Origin: Proteromonas lacertae
Lineage: Eukaryota
Length of the DNA: 64,000 nt
Direction of reading: 5' to 3'
Assembly: GCA_002245135.1 (NCBI GenBank)
Contig: NGBS01000873.1
Span: 248,001-312,000, forward strand
Shown: positions 14,701 to 27,841 of the stretch, in pieces
How positions within the stretch are numbered: the first letter of the stretch is position 1
How the letters are laid out: each line of letters opens with the position of its first letter
Translations under genes and position numbers: made by a program
Notes under the pieces: generated by a model
The model's database searches: none
Told to the model about the DNA's origin: nothing
The model's input: only the letters and a program-made list of their open reading frames with translations

Positions 14701-17700
14701 AACCTAATTCATACATCGCTTTATAGAAATGAGTGTAATATTCTTTACTTTCAAATGTGGCTATTATATATCCACCATTTGGAATTGCTTGTTGGATCAT
14801 TCTTAGTTGAACACTTGTCTTTTCTAAATCATATTCAATATTTCCCATCAATAAAATATTTGTATAACTCATTCTAGTTTGAATCATATCATTCAAATAA
14901 GTTGTATAATTAGATGGAGAATATACTGTTATGGCTGAAGTTGTATCTTCTAATATTCTTCTTATTGTTATTGTTGCTATTTGACTTGGATGTAATTCAC
15001 TAACTATTACATTCTTTGGACATATTTCATTGTAAGTATGTCCACAGAAGAAAAATAATTTATTCCTATTTTTCATTTCTTCTACAATTATTGGATAATC
15101 ATCAGGATTATAACCACCGAAAATGTAACTAATATCCTCATCTTTATCAATCTGTTGGAATATTGATTTATAATTAGTTGAATTAGATTTCAAATCATAC
15201 ACTCTATAGAATAATTGATATGTATTCAATAATGGATCCTTTTCATTTAAATAAGTAATACCAGCTAATATTGAATCAAATATTGGCTTTTCAATATCTG
15301 CATCTTTACCAGAAAATGATGTAATAATACCAATTCTGTAAGTGGAAACTGTTTGACCTGAACCAATAGTTAAATCACTAAAATCACAAATATAATAACT
15401 ATTATCTCTCATATAATATGCTTGAGGGAAATGAGGAATCTTTGCTGTATATACAATACTCCATTTATAGTTTAAATTCTTATATCCAATTATCAATTCT
15501 CTACCTAAATATTGATTTTTACCAAAACCAATTGTTCCTTCTTGAGTTTCTAATGTACCATCATCACTTATTAATTCCTTTCTAACCTTATCTACAGCAA
15601 AATCATTAATTCTATTTATAGCATTTGCCCATAACTTCATGGCAATATACACAGCTGAAATAACATCATTTATAAAAACTGATTTTTTATCTATTCTTTC
15701 GAATAAACTATTTTTGAAAACTTTATTGGCTGGTCGACTATTACCTATTGAACTGTAATAAACTAAAGTCTCATAATCATTTGTAACTGTCATCATTGTA
15801 TCAGATGATGGTTCACTAACTATCACATGTACTTTTGAAGATGGTAAATTATATTTTGCTATTTCATCTTTTAAATAGAGAAAATGTTCAGCTTTACCTT
15901 TAAAGATAATACAAACAGTTCTATCATCATTTACAGTAGAATATTCAAGTAATTTTTCATCTATCAACTCTAAACTATTAGCTACATGAACAATAGCTTC
16001 AACTCTTTCTAAATAGTCTCTAATATAATTACCAAATTCAACATCATCTTCTCTTGGGAAAGCTAATAAGAACTCATCATAACCTCTATTTCTTAACACA
16101 TTTAAACCTGGATCATATAATGATACATGATGGTTAGCTACAAATGTATTAGTATCACAAGAACCCATATCATATTTATATAAAAAGAATACCAATATGT
16201 TATTCTGTACTATCAATTGATAGGCTGGTTCTAAACATCTCTTTGTTGCTGAGAAGAATATTGCTTTTGGTTTAACAGTTGTAATATATTCTATCAATTT
16301 AGCAACACAAGTATCATATCTTGATTGTGTATCATAAATTTCACCTTTTAATTGTCTACCATTCACACCACCAGCTGCATTTATTTCATCTATTGCCATT
16401 TTAAATACATCCACTTCACCAGCATTATATTCTTCTAATTCACCAGTTAAACTTGCCAATAATAATATCTTTTCAGAACCTACTTCATATCTACTTGAAT
16501 TATGTTCTGGTGCAAATGAACACATGTATTTATATGTTTCAATAATATCCCAACTCCAAGCCATTGGTGATTGTTGATTTACCTTTGAATAAACTGTTGA
16601 GAATTCTTCACCATTTGAATCATATTTACCTATATAAAATGGTAATGATGGATAATGACTATCAGTAAAAGCAAATGTACCTAATGCATCTTCTGATGAT
16701 ATTGTTATTAGTTTATCTCTTATTACATCTGTATCAGTTACACCACTTTCTTTTACAGCTTTTATCCATAGTTTAACTGCTATATAAGTTGAATCAGCTA
16801 TAGCTGTTGTTTCTTTTGTATAAGTGTAATGATTCATTAATTTCTTAAATGCTGTGTTTGAATCACTCTCAATATCATTGAAATAATGATCTACTAAATA
16901 AATATCATGTCTTTGTAATTTAGTAAGTGTATTGTACTGATCTTTCATTGATAATATATCAATAAACAAATATTTCTTTCTATCTATAGCTAAATTTTCT
17001 ATTGCATTTAAAAATCTCTTTACATTGTTATTATCATTAATAACAAATGGAATAATACCTCCTTCTTTTCCATTTCCAAATGTATTTAATAGTGCAGTAA
17101 TTTCACTATTTTCAATTCCTTTCTCATTTGATATTGTATATGTTTTAGTGTAAGTATACATACCACTCCCTTGACTTTGAATAATTTGAGATAATGTTAC
17201 TGAACTACTATCAGATTCACTGATTATTGCTAAATTTGAATCAATACCAGTTGTAATTAAATATTCTAATACTTGTGGAACGAATTGATTGGGTAATAAG
17301 CCAGTGTAGAAAGTATCATAATCACATTCTTGACCAACAAATTTCTGTGGATAAATGAATAATATTTTATTCTTTTTACTCACTTTTTGACTTAATGTTT
17401 TACAGTCATTATCTATACATCCTATTAACACTTTTATATCATTTTCTACAATCATATTATTCACCTTTTCTTCTAATTCACTTTCTGTTATACTTGTATC
17501 ATAATTTATTAATATAGGTAAAACAATTTTACCATCAATTGTAAAATCTTCAGCATCCATTTTCTCATGAATTGCTGTAATTCCTCCATATAAACCTTTT
17601 ATACTAATTAAACGATCTGTTCCTTCATATTGGAATATTAAACCGATTTTTATTGTTTCATATTCACCATATATATTGTTTTTTATATCACATTTCTCTA

Positions 17701-20700
17701 AATTATGATTCACATTGTATAATGATAAAAATCCATCATTCTTTATTGGATAACTATATCTATAATCCTCAGCAGTTACAGCTTCATTTGCTTCATCCAT
17801 TTCAATAGTCAAAATCAATAATTTACCATCAAATTGATTATTATTGTTAAACTTAACTGTACCAAGAACAGTATCAATTTCAGTGTCATAAGATGAATGT
17901 TTCATTACATTTGTATCATTAGAACCATATTTATTAAGCATAAGTGCTAAATACCATCCAATTGCATTAGATCTACTAATCAACACAGATGTAGTTTCTA
18001 CAAAGGAATATCTAGCTGTAAACTCATTAGTAAATTCTTCTCGTGTCTTTTGAGTTTCTTCATCATTAACATCAATCGCATATGTAAAATAATGACCTTT
18101 TAATTTATTACCTAAATGTGTAACTGATTCGGATGTTAATTCAGTACTAATTGATATATATTGAGGAGGTTTCATATTATGTTCATACAAACTGGTGATT
18201 AATACTTCAGCTGCTGGTCCTTCTAATACAGACACTATTAAAGCACCATTTGTAGCAACTTGTTTTGTTAATTCAACATAACCATCCATATCTATATCAT
18301 CAATTGGAACAGTGAATTCCATTGTAAATGCTAATGAATAAACACTTAATTCTTTCTTTAATTCTTCACCTAATGCTATTGAATAAGTTGTACTACTTTG
18401 GATTAAAACAATATCATCTTTTTCATGATCCATTATCCAATAAAGTAATATGAAATAGGAGTTTAATGTTAAACCAAAATAATATGTGTTTTTCAAACAT
18501 TCAAAACCTTCATAATCACTTTGAATTATCAAAGTCTTGTTCAATTCTTCAGCTACTAAATCACCTTTAATTCTATATGATTTTCTCCAAGCACCAATGA
18601 TATAATCAAACTTATATTTTTCAGAATATTCTTTTATTCTAAAAGCTAATTCTTCTTCAGTATCTCCACTGGTAAAAACATACATCTTTGCATATTTACC
18701 TTCTATTCCTCCTTTATTATTAATCTCATCAAATGCAGTTTCTAAACCAGAAATAAAATAAATAGAATTCTGGAAATATTGGTCAGTCAATGGGATCTGA
18801 ACTCCAAACACTATAGTAGGAACAGAATAATTAGATCCTCTACCAGTTTGCCAATTACATTCATACACATTCACATTATTATACTCTAAGTAAAATGGTT
18901 TTGGTTCATAATTATTACTCAATGTAATATTATGTGTTAGTCTTCCAGTAGAACTTATTAATCCTATATATATACCTTGATTAATATGATTATTGCTACT
19001 AAATATCCATTCGCCTAAAGTGGTATTAACCAATGAAGTAAACATTAATTTCTTTACATAATCATTATCTAAAGAAGTACCTAATCTAAGTGTTTCCACA
19101 AATTGCAATACAACTGAATACATGCAAATATCATAATAATTTGGATCAATCCAATGTCCTGTCACTGAGTAAAAGTCAGTAATATAAATATCATAAATTC
19201 CTGTTCGTTCTGGTACAAATGGAGTAACTACATAATGACCAGCTGAGTCTGTCGCATTGTATTGTATTTGACTTGTATCAAATAAATACACTGTATATAT
19301 TTGAGCACATTCTTCACTATTCTCAAAATTTCTACATACTTTCTCATTGAATAATCTGAAGAATATCTTTGCTTCAGTATATTCAAAGAATGCTAATATT
19401 CTTCCACCATTTTCCATTTTCTTCACTGCTTTAATGATCTGATTAGTCATTGATGTTTCATCTCTTCTATTTACTTTTCCAATGTATAAAACCTCTCTTT
19501 CATATGTATATAACATTGATTTCAAGAATTCAACTCTTCCTTCATACAAATCACCATCAGTAGCTCCATATAAGATAGAAATTGGTTTTTGTTTTCTTAA
19601 AGTTGATAAATATGTAACAAAAGGATAAATAATTTGATTTGGTACTACAAAAGGGTAAAATACATTATCTTCACATTCATTTCCTTTACCATAACCAGTG
19701 TAAAATAAAAACATATTAGTGCTTTGAATTACTGGAACTAAATAATCTTTAGTTTTTTCATTGCATCCTCCAAATAAATACTTCATATTTCTTCTTTTTA
19801 ATTTGATGACTAAATCAGATGCATCTTTTTGGTTTGTAGGACAATCGTGTAATTCAATTCTGATATATTTGTTCTGTACACTTCCAAATCTATTCATCCA
19901 CGCATTCAATTCAAACTGTGAAATATAAGAGAAATGAAAATGACTTTCCTCATTGTGGGTAATATCTAATATAAATGCAAATCCAATAATATCATCTTCA
20001 ACCATTACTAATGGAGGATTTACTGAATAATCACTAGTTAAATACTTTTCATCATGTAATAAATAGAAGAACGGCTCTGGTTTAGATGGTGAATTAATAG
20101 CTATATAATCAGTAGGAACTAAATCTAATAGTTTTGATACAGCAATGGTAAAACTCATATGATTATCAAGTGTAACAGGTAAATCACCTAATGGAGACAA
20201 TATAACATTATTATATAAATATGTTCTTAATGCAAAACTATCATCTTTATATTTCTCACTTGCTGTGATTGCACTTTGCATTAATGATAATGCTATGTAG
20301 GTGGATAACTGCAATTCGTTAAAGATAATGGAAGAATTACCTTTAAATGTATCTATTTGATTCTTTATCATATGGGCTTGTTCATTGATTGAATAATCTG
20401 ATAAAATTGTGCTTACCATCACATCATCTAATAGATTCTTATCATCTAAACTATAAAACATTGAAGATGCATAATCCAATATTAATATTGGCATTTGTTC
20501 ATCAGGATAAGAATATTTAAACTCAGCAAGTAAAAAGACTGTGTAATTCTGTAATGTTGTGTATAAAACATACTCCGATGATGCATTGTTGGTTTTATTA
20601 TATATTTCTTCACATAAAGCTGTCCAATTGGCTGAATTTGCATCACTAATACTGATGCTATCATATACAGCATTGAGATTTTCTACATACTTTTGAGAAT

Positions 20701-23670
20701 AAAGGAATGTATTATAACAATCTCTATTTAAAAGATAATATAATATGTATACTCATTATTCTTAAGATAAACAAATAAAAACTTCTGTCCTTGAGATAAT
20801 CTAATATGAAAAGATATCAACAGCCTTTGACTTGGTATAGTATTAATCTGAATTATATTCTGATATGTGATTTCTCCACCTGATGGAAATATTGAGAATA
20901 AAACTTTATCTTTTTCCACTAACAAATCATCAATTGCATCTCTTTCTTCTCTGAATTGTGCACCAATTAAACAGATAATATCATTATATTCATCAATTTT
21001 GGATCTAATTTGTTGTTGTAATTCTTTCATATTTGAATAATGAATATAAAGTGGTAAAATTTCATGAGAATTTAACCCACCATCTTGATTTAATATATCA
21101 AACATAACATTTATATATTCCATAATTAAACTATCAGCAAATGAATGTCTATCAAACACTAATATAATGTGGTAAGAATTTAATGGTTTGACATGTAATT
21201 CACCATTCTCAAAAATACACTTTTCTGTCAAATTGTGTATTACAAATAACCTTGTACTAGAAAATTGCCTCATTATTGCTGTAGAATTAACTTCCTTTGT
21301 AAATTGATAAATTCCTAATTTGGCTTGAGCATGACTTGAATAGTATAGTTCATATTGATCATAAGCAGGTGTTTTAACAGCTTGGTGGAATATATAATTC
21401 TTATATAATGATGGTAAATAAGATGAAGATGATTCAATAGCTTGTACTAATAGTGATATAATATTAGTTATTAATCCTAACTCTGAGAATATTGGTATAT
21501 CTCTTCCTAAGAATTCTTTGTAATATCGTCTATATGGATCTAATACTTCTGATTTTATCATTGTACTAGAATGTGCAATAAAGAAATAACCTTCATACTA
21601 TATACATAAATATAAATAAATTATGATAATATATATATATATATACATCTATTTTTTCTATACTATCTTTCTGTTCATCTACATATGTTTCATCTAATCC
21701 ATATACCAGTACTGTATAATTATTCGCATAAGTCATCGATTCATTATATAATACCTTCATTATAGATGGAATATAATCACTTTCAGTAACCACAATAATC
21801 GCTGTATGATTATAATCACCCATTGTCATTAGTTTAATATTTGTAGTTGCATTTCTTGCTTGTATTTCTGATGTATCTGCCATTTCAAAAAAACCAATTC
21901 TATTCTCATAAAATCCTCTTTCAATTAAATCATTATATAATATCTTTCTACTAATTGTTCCATAATTAGTGGTTGATGAAATAATAGCTATTTTTCCATA
22001 ATAATTATTCTTTTGTAAGTATGAAGATACTAATAACGAATATGCGCTTGTTTCAATATTTCCATAGATTACATTATCTTCACATGTATCACCAGCTGCT
22101 TCATTCATATAGAATATTTGAATATCCAATCCTCTTATTGATGATGATATGTTGTGCATTATTTCTGGTGATGTAAACATAAAAATTGATGACATTTCAT
22201 ATTCACTATTATATTCTTTAATTGTATTAATTGTGTCAGAAACAGTATCATCTTTCACATCGATTAATAATGCTTTCATTTGTCTTCCTAATATCAAGTT
22301 CTAATTAATGATAATAATAATAATAATAATATAAAATTATTATACATTTTCCCCATAATTTCTCATTAGTTTTTCAATAAATATCTTGATTAATCTATTC
22401 TTATGACTTGCCATATTCAATACAAATCCAATGGGAAACATTTCTAAAGTTGCATTACCATCCACTGAATTCTGTACAAAATCACAAACAACATTATCAA
22501 TTTGATTATAGACCTCATTCACTCTAAAATCAGTTACAGCTTCTATAAAATAGGTGATTTTTTCATCATATCCATATTTCTTTGGATCTGAGGTATAATC
22601 AGGAATATCACTGTTAGTTTCAACGAATTTAAATGGAACTGATAGATAATTATTGGGTGTTAAATACATTGTTCCACCTGGATAATCTATTGGTTCATTA
22701 TACATCAATGATAATAACGGATATATCTTATCGGATGGAAATGTTTCAGCCATATATTGAATTTTGTCAAGCAAAGCGAATACATATGTAAACATTGCAT
22801 CTCTAGCATCATTGAATTTATCAGGATAACTAGTTTTATATTCTGTAGCTAATTTATTATCCTCAAAACCAGTATAACTAGTAATTATTTCATTGTTCTG
22901 TTTTAACAGTATTTTACTCAAATATTTATAATTTAAACTTCCTGGTAAGAAAACAATTGGGTAATTCTTTGGATCTGACTTACCTATATTAACTACAATC
23001 ATATTTTTAACAGATAAAAGTTGAGTAATCTGAGGTATTTGACTGTTCTTTACTATTATCATACATTTGGGAACTTCAGTTATTTTAGTAAACAGACCAA
23101 GGCCAGTTGACATGTCAATAACAGCATGCGAAGATTCAACAATATTTACACCAAAATACTTTGCAGTAGTATTGAATCTTTCTTCATAAAAAGTGTCATA
23201 TTTTGTATTTTCATATAGAAATGCAACATTTCCATCATAATTAGCTGCAGCGATTGATAACACTATAATATAAAATACATTAATATACAGTTTAAGATTA
23301 ATGGTATTACAGTAACTCCACTAATAAAGTGTTTATTACATCTTCCTACACTTACTTCATTCATACATATAATCAACACAGTATCATTTGTAATATATGA
23401 AGAAGTAGAATTGAGCAGTTCATCATCACACACTGCAAGTATAATCTCAGTTTTTTTAGTTTCCACTTCTTCTTTTATAACTTTATCATAATCTGCTGTA
23501 CTATGACAAGATAATGTATCTACACTATGAATTGTGATATTTGGATGATTATTGCTGTATGGTTCTAGGAAATCTTTAAAATACATATTAGAATCACCTT
23601 CAAAGTATGCAATATTCAAGTGGTATGATTCTACAACTACAAAATACAAATAAATAGCTATTAATAACAT
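11762..23670 (-). CDS. Giant class C (GABA-B-like) GPCR, ~3,919 aa: signal peptide, nine tandem type I periplasmic-binding (UrtA/AmiC/FmdD-like) domains, 7TM
   Basis: ATG 23670 starts the signal peptide MLLIAIYLYFVVVES. Introns 23288..23263, 22345..22301, 21646..21598 and 20752..20724 join five exons into 11,760 nt in frame. The 7TM (~12950-12200) has the class C motifs IKLSSPLF, CKAWRIHKLF and SEFNESK. Ectodomain repeats include YPQKFVGQECDYDTFYTGLLPNQ and FGCMSSRCR, resembling UrtA. Confidence 0.9.
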
Positions 23671-23927
23671 AGTATATAAAAACGAATGAGAAAAATGCTT
23701 GACTCGAGTTTTGAAAAGTATAACCGAAAAAAAGAGATTTGAAAAGCGCTTCACAATTCTAATGAAATTCTCATTGATTTAACTAAGGTTACGATATTGA
23801 TGTTTCGTTATTCATTAGGAAGTGAAACAAAATGATTGATTAATTATCTATAAAAACACTATTTGCATATATAAATGATTTGTATATTAATAAATACTAA
23901 TCACACTATTCAGAAAATAATTTATTT

Positions 23928-24747
23928 CTACTTTCTGTAAGTATATAAAGCATTTTCGTCAAAATCATCCACAGTCTTGTATATAGTATTATAAAAATAC
24001 TCCAATTCATTAATAAAAGTATTCGTTTTGTTTTTTAAGTACTTTTTTAGCTTGTGATTTAAATTTTTATCTAGTGTATTAAATTTACTTAATTGTTTAT
24101 ATATATAGTTACAGACAAAGTAGTCTTCATTCCCTAATATTATTTTCACTTCTCTTTCAATGAAAGGTTTTAATTTATTCTGTATTTCGCTTTTTTTCCA
24201 TTCATTTGGTGTTATTTCATTCCATTTAATATCTTCATCATCACTATCTTCCTTATATAGATCTATAGGTATTATTTTTTTCTTATATATTTCTTTTCTA
24301 AATCTATAAAGATTAGAAATTGGATCTGGTATTCCATTATCTTTTATATTCCATTCTAAATATTCTGTATTAGATTCTATTTCATATGTTAATTTTGTTA
24401 TATTAATTTTACATAAAGGACAGCTTTGGTTGATTTTCAACCAACTACGAATACAATCTAAGCAAAAAGCATGGTTGCATCTATCATTCAATGTTCCATT
24501 CTATATGACATAATAATACAATAATACATTCATCTCTTCTAGACATATCGAACATTGACCTTGAATTACTCTTGGAGATGGTATTATTAATGTTTTGTAT
24601 GTAAATGTAGGTATTTCTGATATTTCTCTATTCATTATACATCATTTTTTATTAATACTTGGCATCTATTGAATCTTCATTGACATTTTCCTTCTTTTCA
24701 TCTTCTGTATCATCTATATTAATAATTTCGTCTGTTAATTTACTCAT
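23928..24747 (-). CDS. C3HC4 RING E3 ubiquitin ligase, Topors-like
   Basis: Three exons; spliced RING CSIC...CNHAFCLDC...CPLC; C-terminal LKPFIERE...TNTFINELEYF resembles the Topors helical domain. Confidence 0.75.
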
Positions 24748-24946
24748 CTGTTTTTTATAGCAAGAGAAAAGTAGAAAAGCTTGAAATTAAGTTCGATTCT
24801 TAAAATCATTCATTCACAAGTATTTTAAGTATTTCTATATTTTGCATAGGTTATTTACACCAAATAGGTAAATTTATATTTAAAAGAATTAAAAGATTAT
24901 CAACAAATTTTCAATAATTCACAAATTTACTACACTAATAAGCTAT

Positions 24947-25470
24947 TCATTCTACTTTACTTCTACCAGAGGGAAGTATTTTATTTCTCGAACTATACTT
25001 CATTTTATCCGAAGATATAGAAAAGAGAGAAGATGAAGACTTTTTACCGAATGATTTGGCATTAGCACTTTTAAAACTATTACACTTATTCTGTTTTTCA
25101 GATTGTTTTCTACTTCCATATCCACGAAGTTGTTTTAACTGAATTACTAGATTATCTTTAGCAGTTGTTGAAGGAATCGGTAGAATAAAATCGTAATGAT
25201 AAGTAGATGGTTCTTGTGTAAATAATTTACGAGATAAAAACTCACAAAAATTTTCTCTTGGAGGTGTATATATTCGATTTGGATTTTCATAGTAAAATCT
25301 TTGTCTTTTTAATATTCTTACGTATAATCTAGGTGACAATATATACTTAATAAAACAAGATCTTATTGAATCTAGACTACTTCTTAAAGGAATTGAAGAG
25401 CATACGAATTTTGTAAATGCTTTAATTGAAAACATTGGTTCTTTACAACTATTACAGATAATAAATACAT

Positions 25471-25501
<31 letters not shown>

Positions 25502-26193
25502 CTCTGGTAAATCAACTATATTCTCATTCAAAAAATGATTATAATCATTAGTAGTAGTACAATGTCGAAATATACTCAAAATTGAATTAATCTGATTCTA
25601 ATTATCAATATATAGATAATAAAAATTATACTTGTGTTATATATAAGTTACTATATATTTTCTTCATTGCAAACAATAACGAGATTAACTGTTCTGGAGA
25701 TAGAAAAAGACATGTACAAACAAATTGAAAAAAGATGTCATGATCTATTTTATCTATAACCATTATATTAGATTGTTATTTATATATTATAGAATATATA
25801 TATATACCTGTTTCATATATACGAGTGATGAATAGGTTTTTAGTACTTGGATATTTTTGTCTTAATTGACTGGCTGATACATATGATTTATCTTGACCTT
25901 TAGACCATAAATCTAAATAAGATTCATAGATACAATTGATTTCATATTTATTTACTAAAATCAGATAATTTGAAGCATGTAATACAAATAAATGTTTGAG
26001 CCATGATAAAACTCTTCACTGATAGCGAAAGATATAGTTTATATGACTTTTTCCTTTTCAGGATTAATCTTTTGTGATAGATCTCAGACTATACACATCA
26101 AATTACTCTATAAATAGATTATACCAACTCATCTGCTGTAGGAAGGCAAAACTGAGCATCTTGACTTTGTATAACTGATGCAATAAAAGACAT
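24947..26193 (-). CDS. Tandem family copy 9 (all five family introns)
   Basis: ATG 26193; five GT-AG introns restore frame; motif PPRENFC...LFTQEPSTYHYDF; C-terminal NKILP. Confidence 0.85.
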
Positions 26194-26366
26194 TTGCTTG
26201 AGACATAGTTTGACAATTTTACTTCATTTTTATTTAAATTAAATATCTACTGCTAGTGCTGTAATTTCATTTCAAATTACTACAGAATGAAACATATAAA
26301 AAAAAATTAAAAAAAATATTCTTATTTAACACAGTTTTATTATACTCAACTAAAAGATCCTAGTTT

Positions 26367-27484
26367 TTAAACTGGATACACTCTATTATTCTTTTTAGAT
26401 GATAAAATATGAGAATTATGAGACATATGTACAGATCTTAACATTGAAGAATCACGACTAAGTCTACTTGGGGTACATTTATTAAGACTGGATCTACATC
26501 TATTACCATACCCTTTAATATATTTTATTGTCAAAATTAAATTCTCTGGGTAATTTAAAGATATATTTGACAAAATATAGTCGAAATGATATGGAGGTGG
26601 TTCATGTGTAAATAATATTCTTTGTATATATGCAATACATGGTTCTTTAGGTGGATCAAACACCTTTGCTGGATTATTAATGTAATACATCTGTCTATGT
26701 ATTATATGTGAATATATTGATGGATCTAATATGCGGTATATAAATGATAGCTTAAGATTATTTAATATTGACTCAAATGTAGGAGATTCACTTATTAATT
26801 GGATAAATGGTTTAATTGAATAGACATCTTCTTCACAATCAGACAAATTGAGATTATAATCATCTTGAAATTGGTGCAATTCATCTTTTGTTATTACTCC
26901 TTCAAATAAGTCCAAAACCATATTAATTTGACTCTACATTATAATATAAGCATAACTATATATATACTTGTGTTATACAGATATTACTATGGATTTTGGA
27001 ATGAGATAAAATGATTGTCATGATATGTGTAGGATTTAAAAACAGTATTATACAAACAAATTGAAAAAATGAATCATAGTATATTTCATCTGATTCAAAA
27101 AATACTGAACATATATTTGAAGTAAATGCACAAAATCTATTCCTGAAACTACTCACAGGAACATAATTAATTTCTGGATTCTCTCTCCAGAGACTTAAAT
27201 ACGCCATATATATACAATTTACTTCATATTTATTCACTATAAAACAAATAGGTATATATAATACACATAAATGTTTGAGTTATAAAATGACTGAAGGATG
27301 AGAAGGGTAACAACAATTCAGAAACAATTGTCTTGCGATATTTAATACAATGATCACTTAAAATTTTCTATTACAGTGTAGATATACACATTAATACTAA
27401 TTCGTCTGTTGTGGGGTAAGAAATGGTGTCATCGGTACGTATATTAAGTGAATTTTTAATACTACTAGTTCTATGCGATTCCAT
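26367..27484 (-). CDS. Tandem family copy 10
   Basis: ATG 27484; lacks family intron 3; motif PKEPC...LFTHEPPPYHFDY; ends NRVYPV. Confidence 0.85.
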
Positions 27485-27841
27485 GGGTTTATTTTAACAT
27501 AATTTAGATTTGAAAAAACAATAATAATTTTTGTAACTGATTTCTTCAAAACAAATGGAAAGCATGGGAGAATATAAACAACAATGTAGAGATATCAGAT
27601 TTCCAATTTAAAAGAGTAGTCAGTAAACGATTCAGTCAGGCTTATCGTTATGCAGGAGAAAAAACATTTTTTAATATTTGGGGTTATGAAAAAAAGGTTG
27701 TCAAGCTTTATCAAGCTTTCTTTTTGTTTTTGTCTTTTTTCTTCATCATTATTTTCACGATGTAAGTGATAAATCATTAAATATTTATCACATTATTATT
27801 ATCTTATTATTTTATTATTTTTATTAAAGGAAGTAATAAAG

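Noticed and set aside
2135..14877. Short plus-strand ORFs (2135, 6253, 7675, 8666, 12021, 13113, 14350, 14668)
   Set aside because: Antisense shadows of real minus-strand genes with no motifs.
20482..20673. 63-aa minus-strand ORF overlapping the GPCR
   Set aside because: Wrong frame; the GPCR's last exon reads through this region in the 2910-aa frame.
1..27484. Tandem family as transposon or viral repeats
   Set aside because: Copies carry conserved spliceosomal introns, lack terminal repeats and transposase/RT motifs, and are highly diverged at the DNA level.
27595..27777. 60-aa minus-strand ORF
   Set aside because: Low-complexity ORF in a divergent promoter spacer with no recognisable homology.
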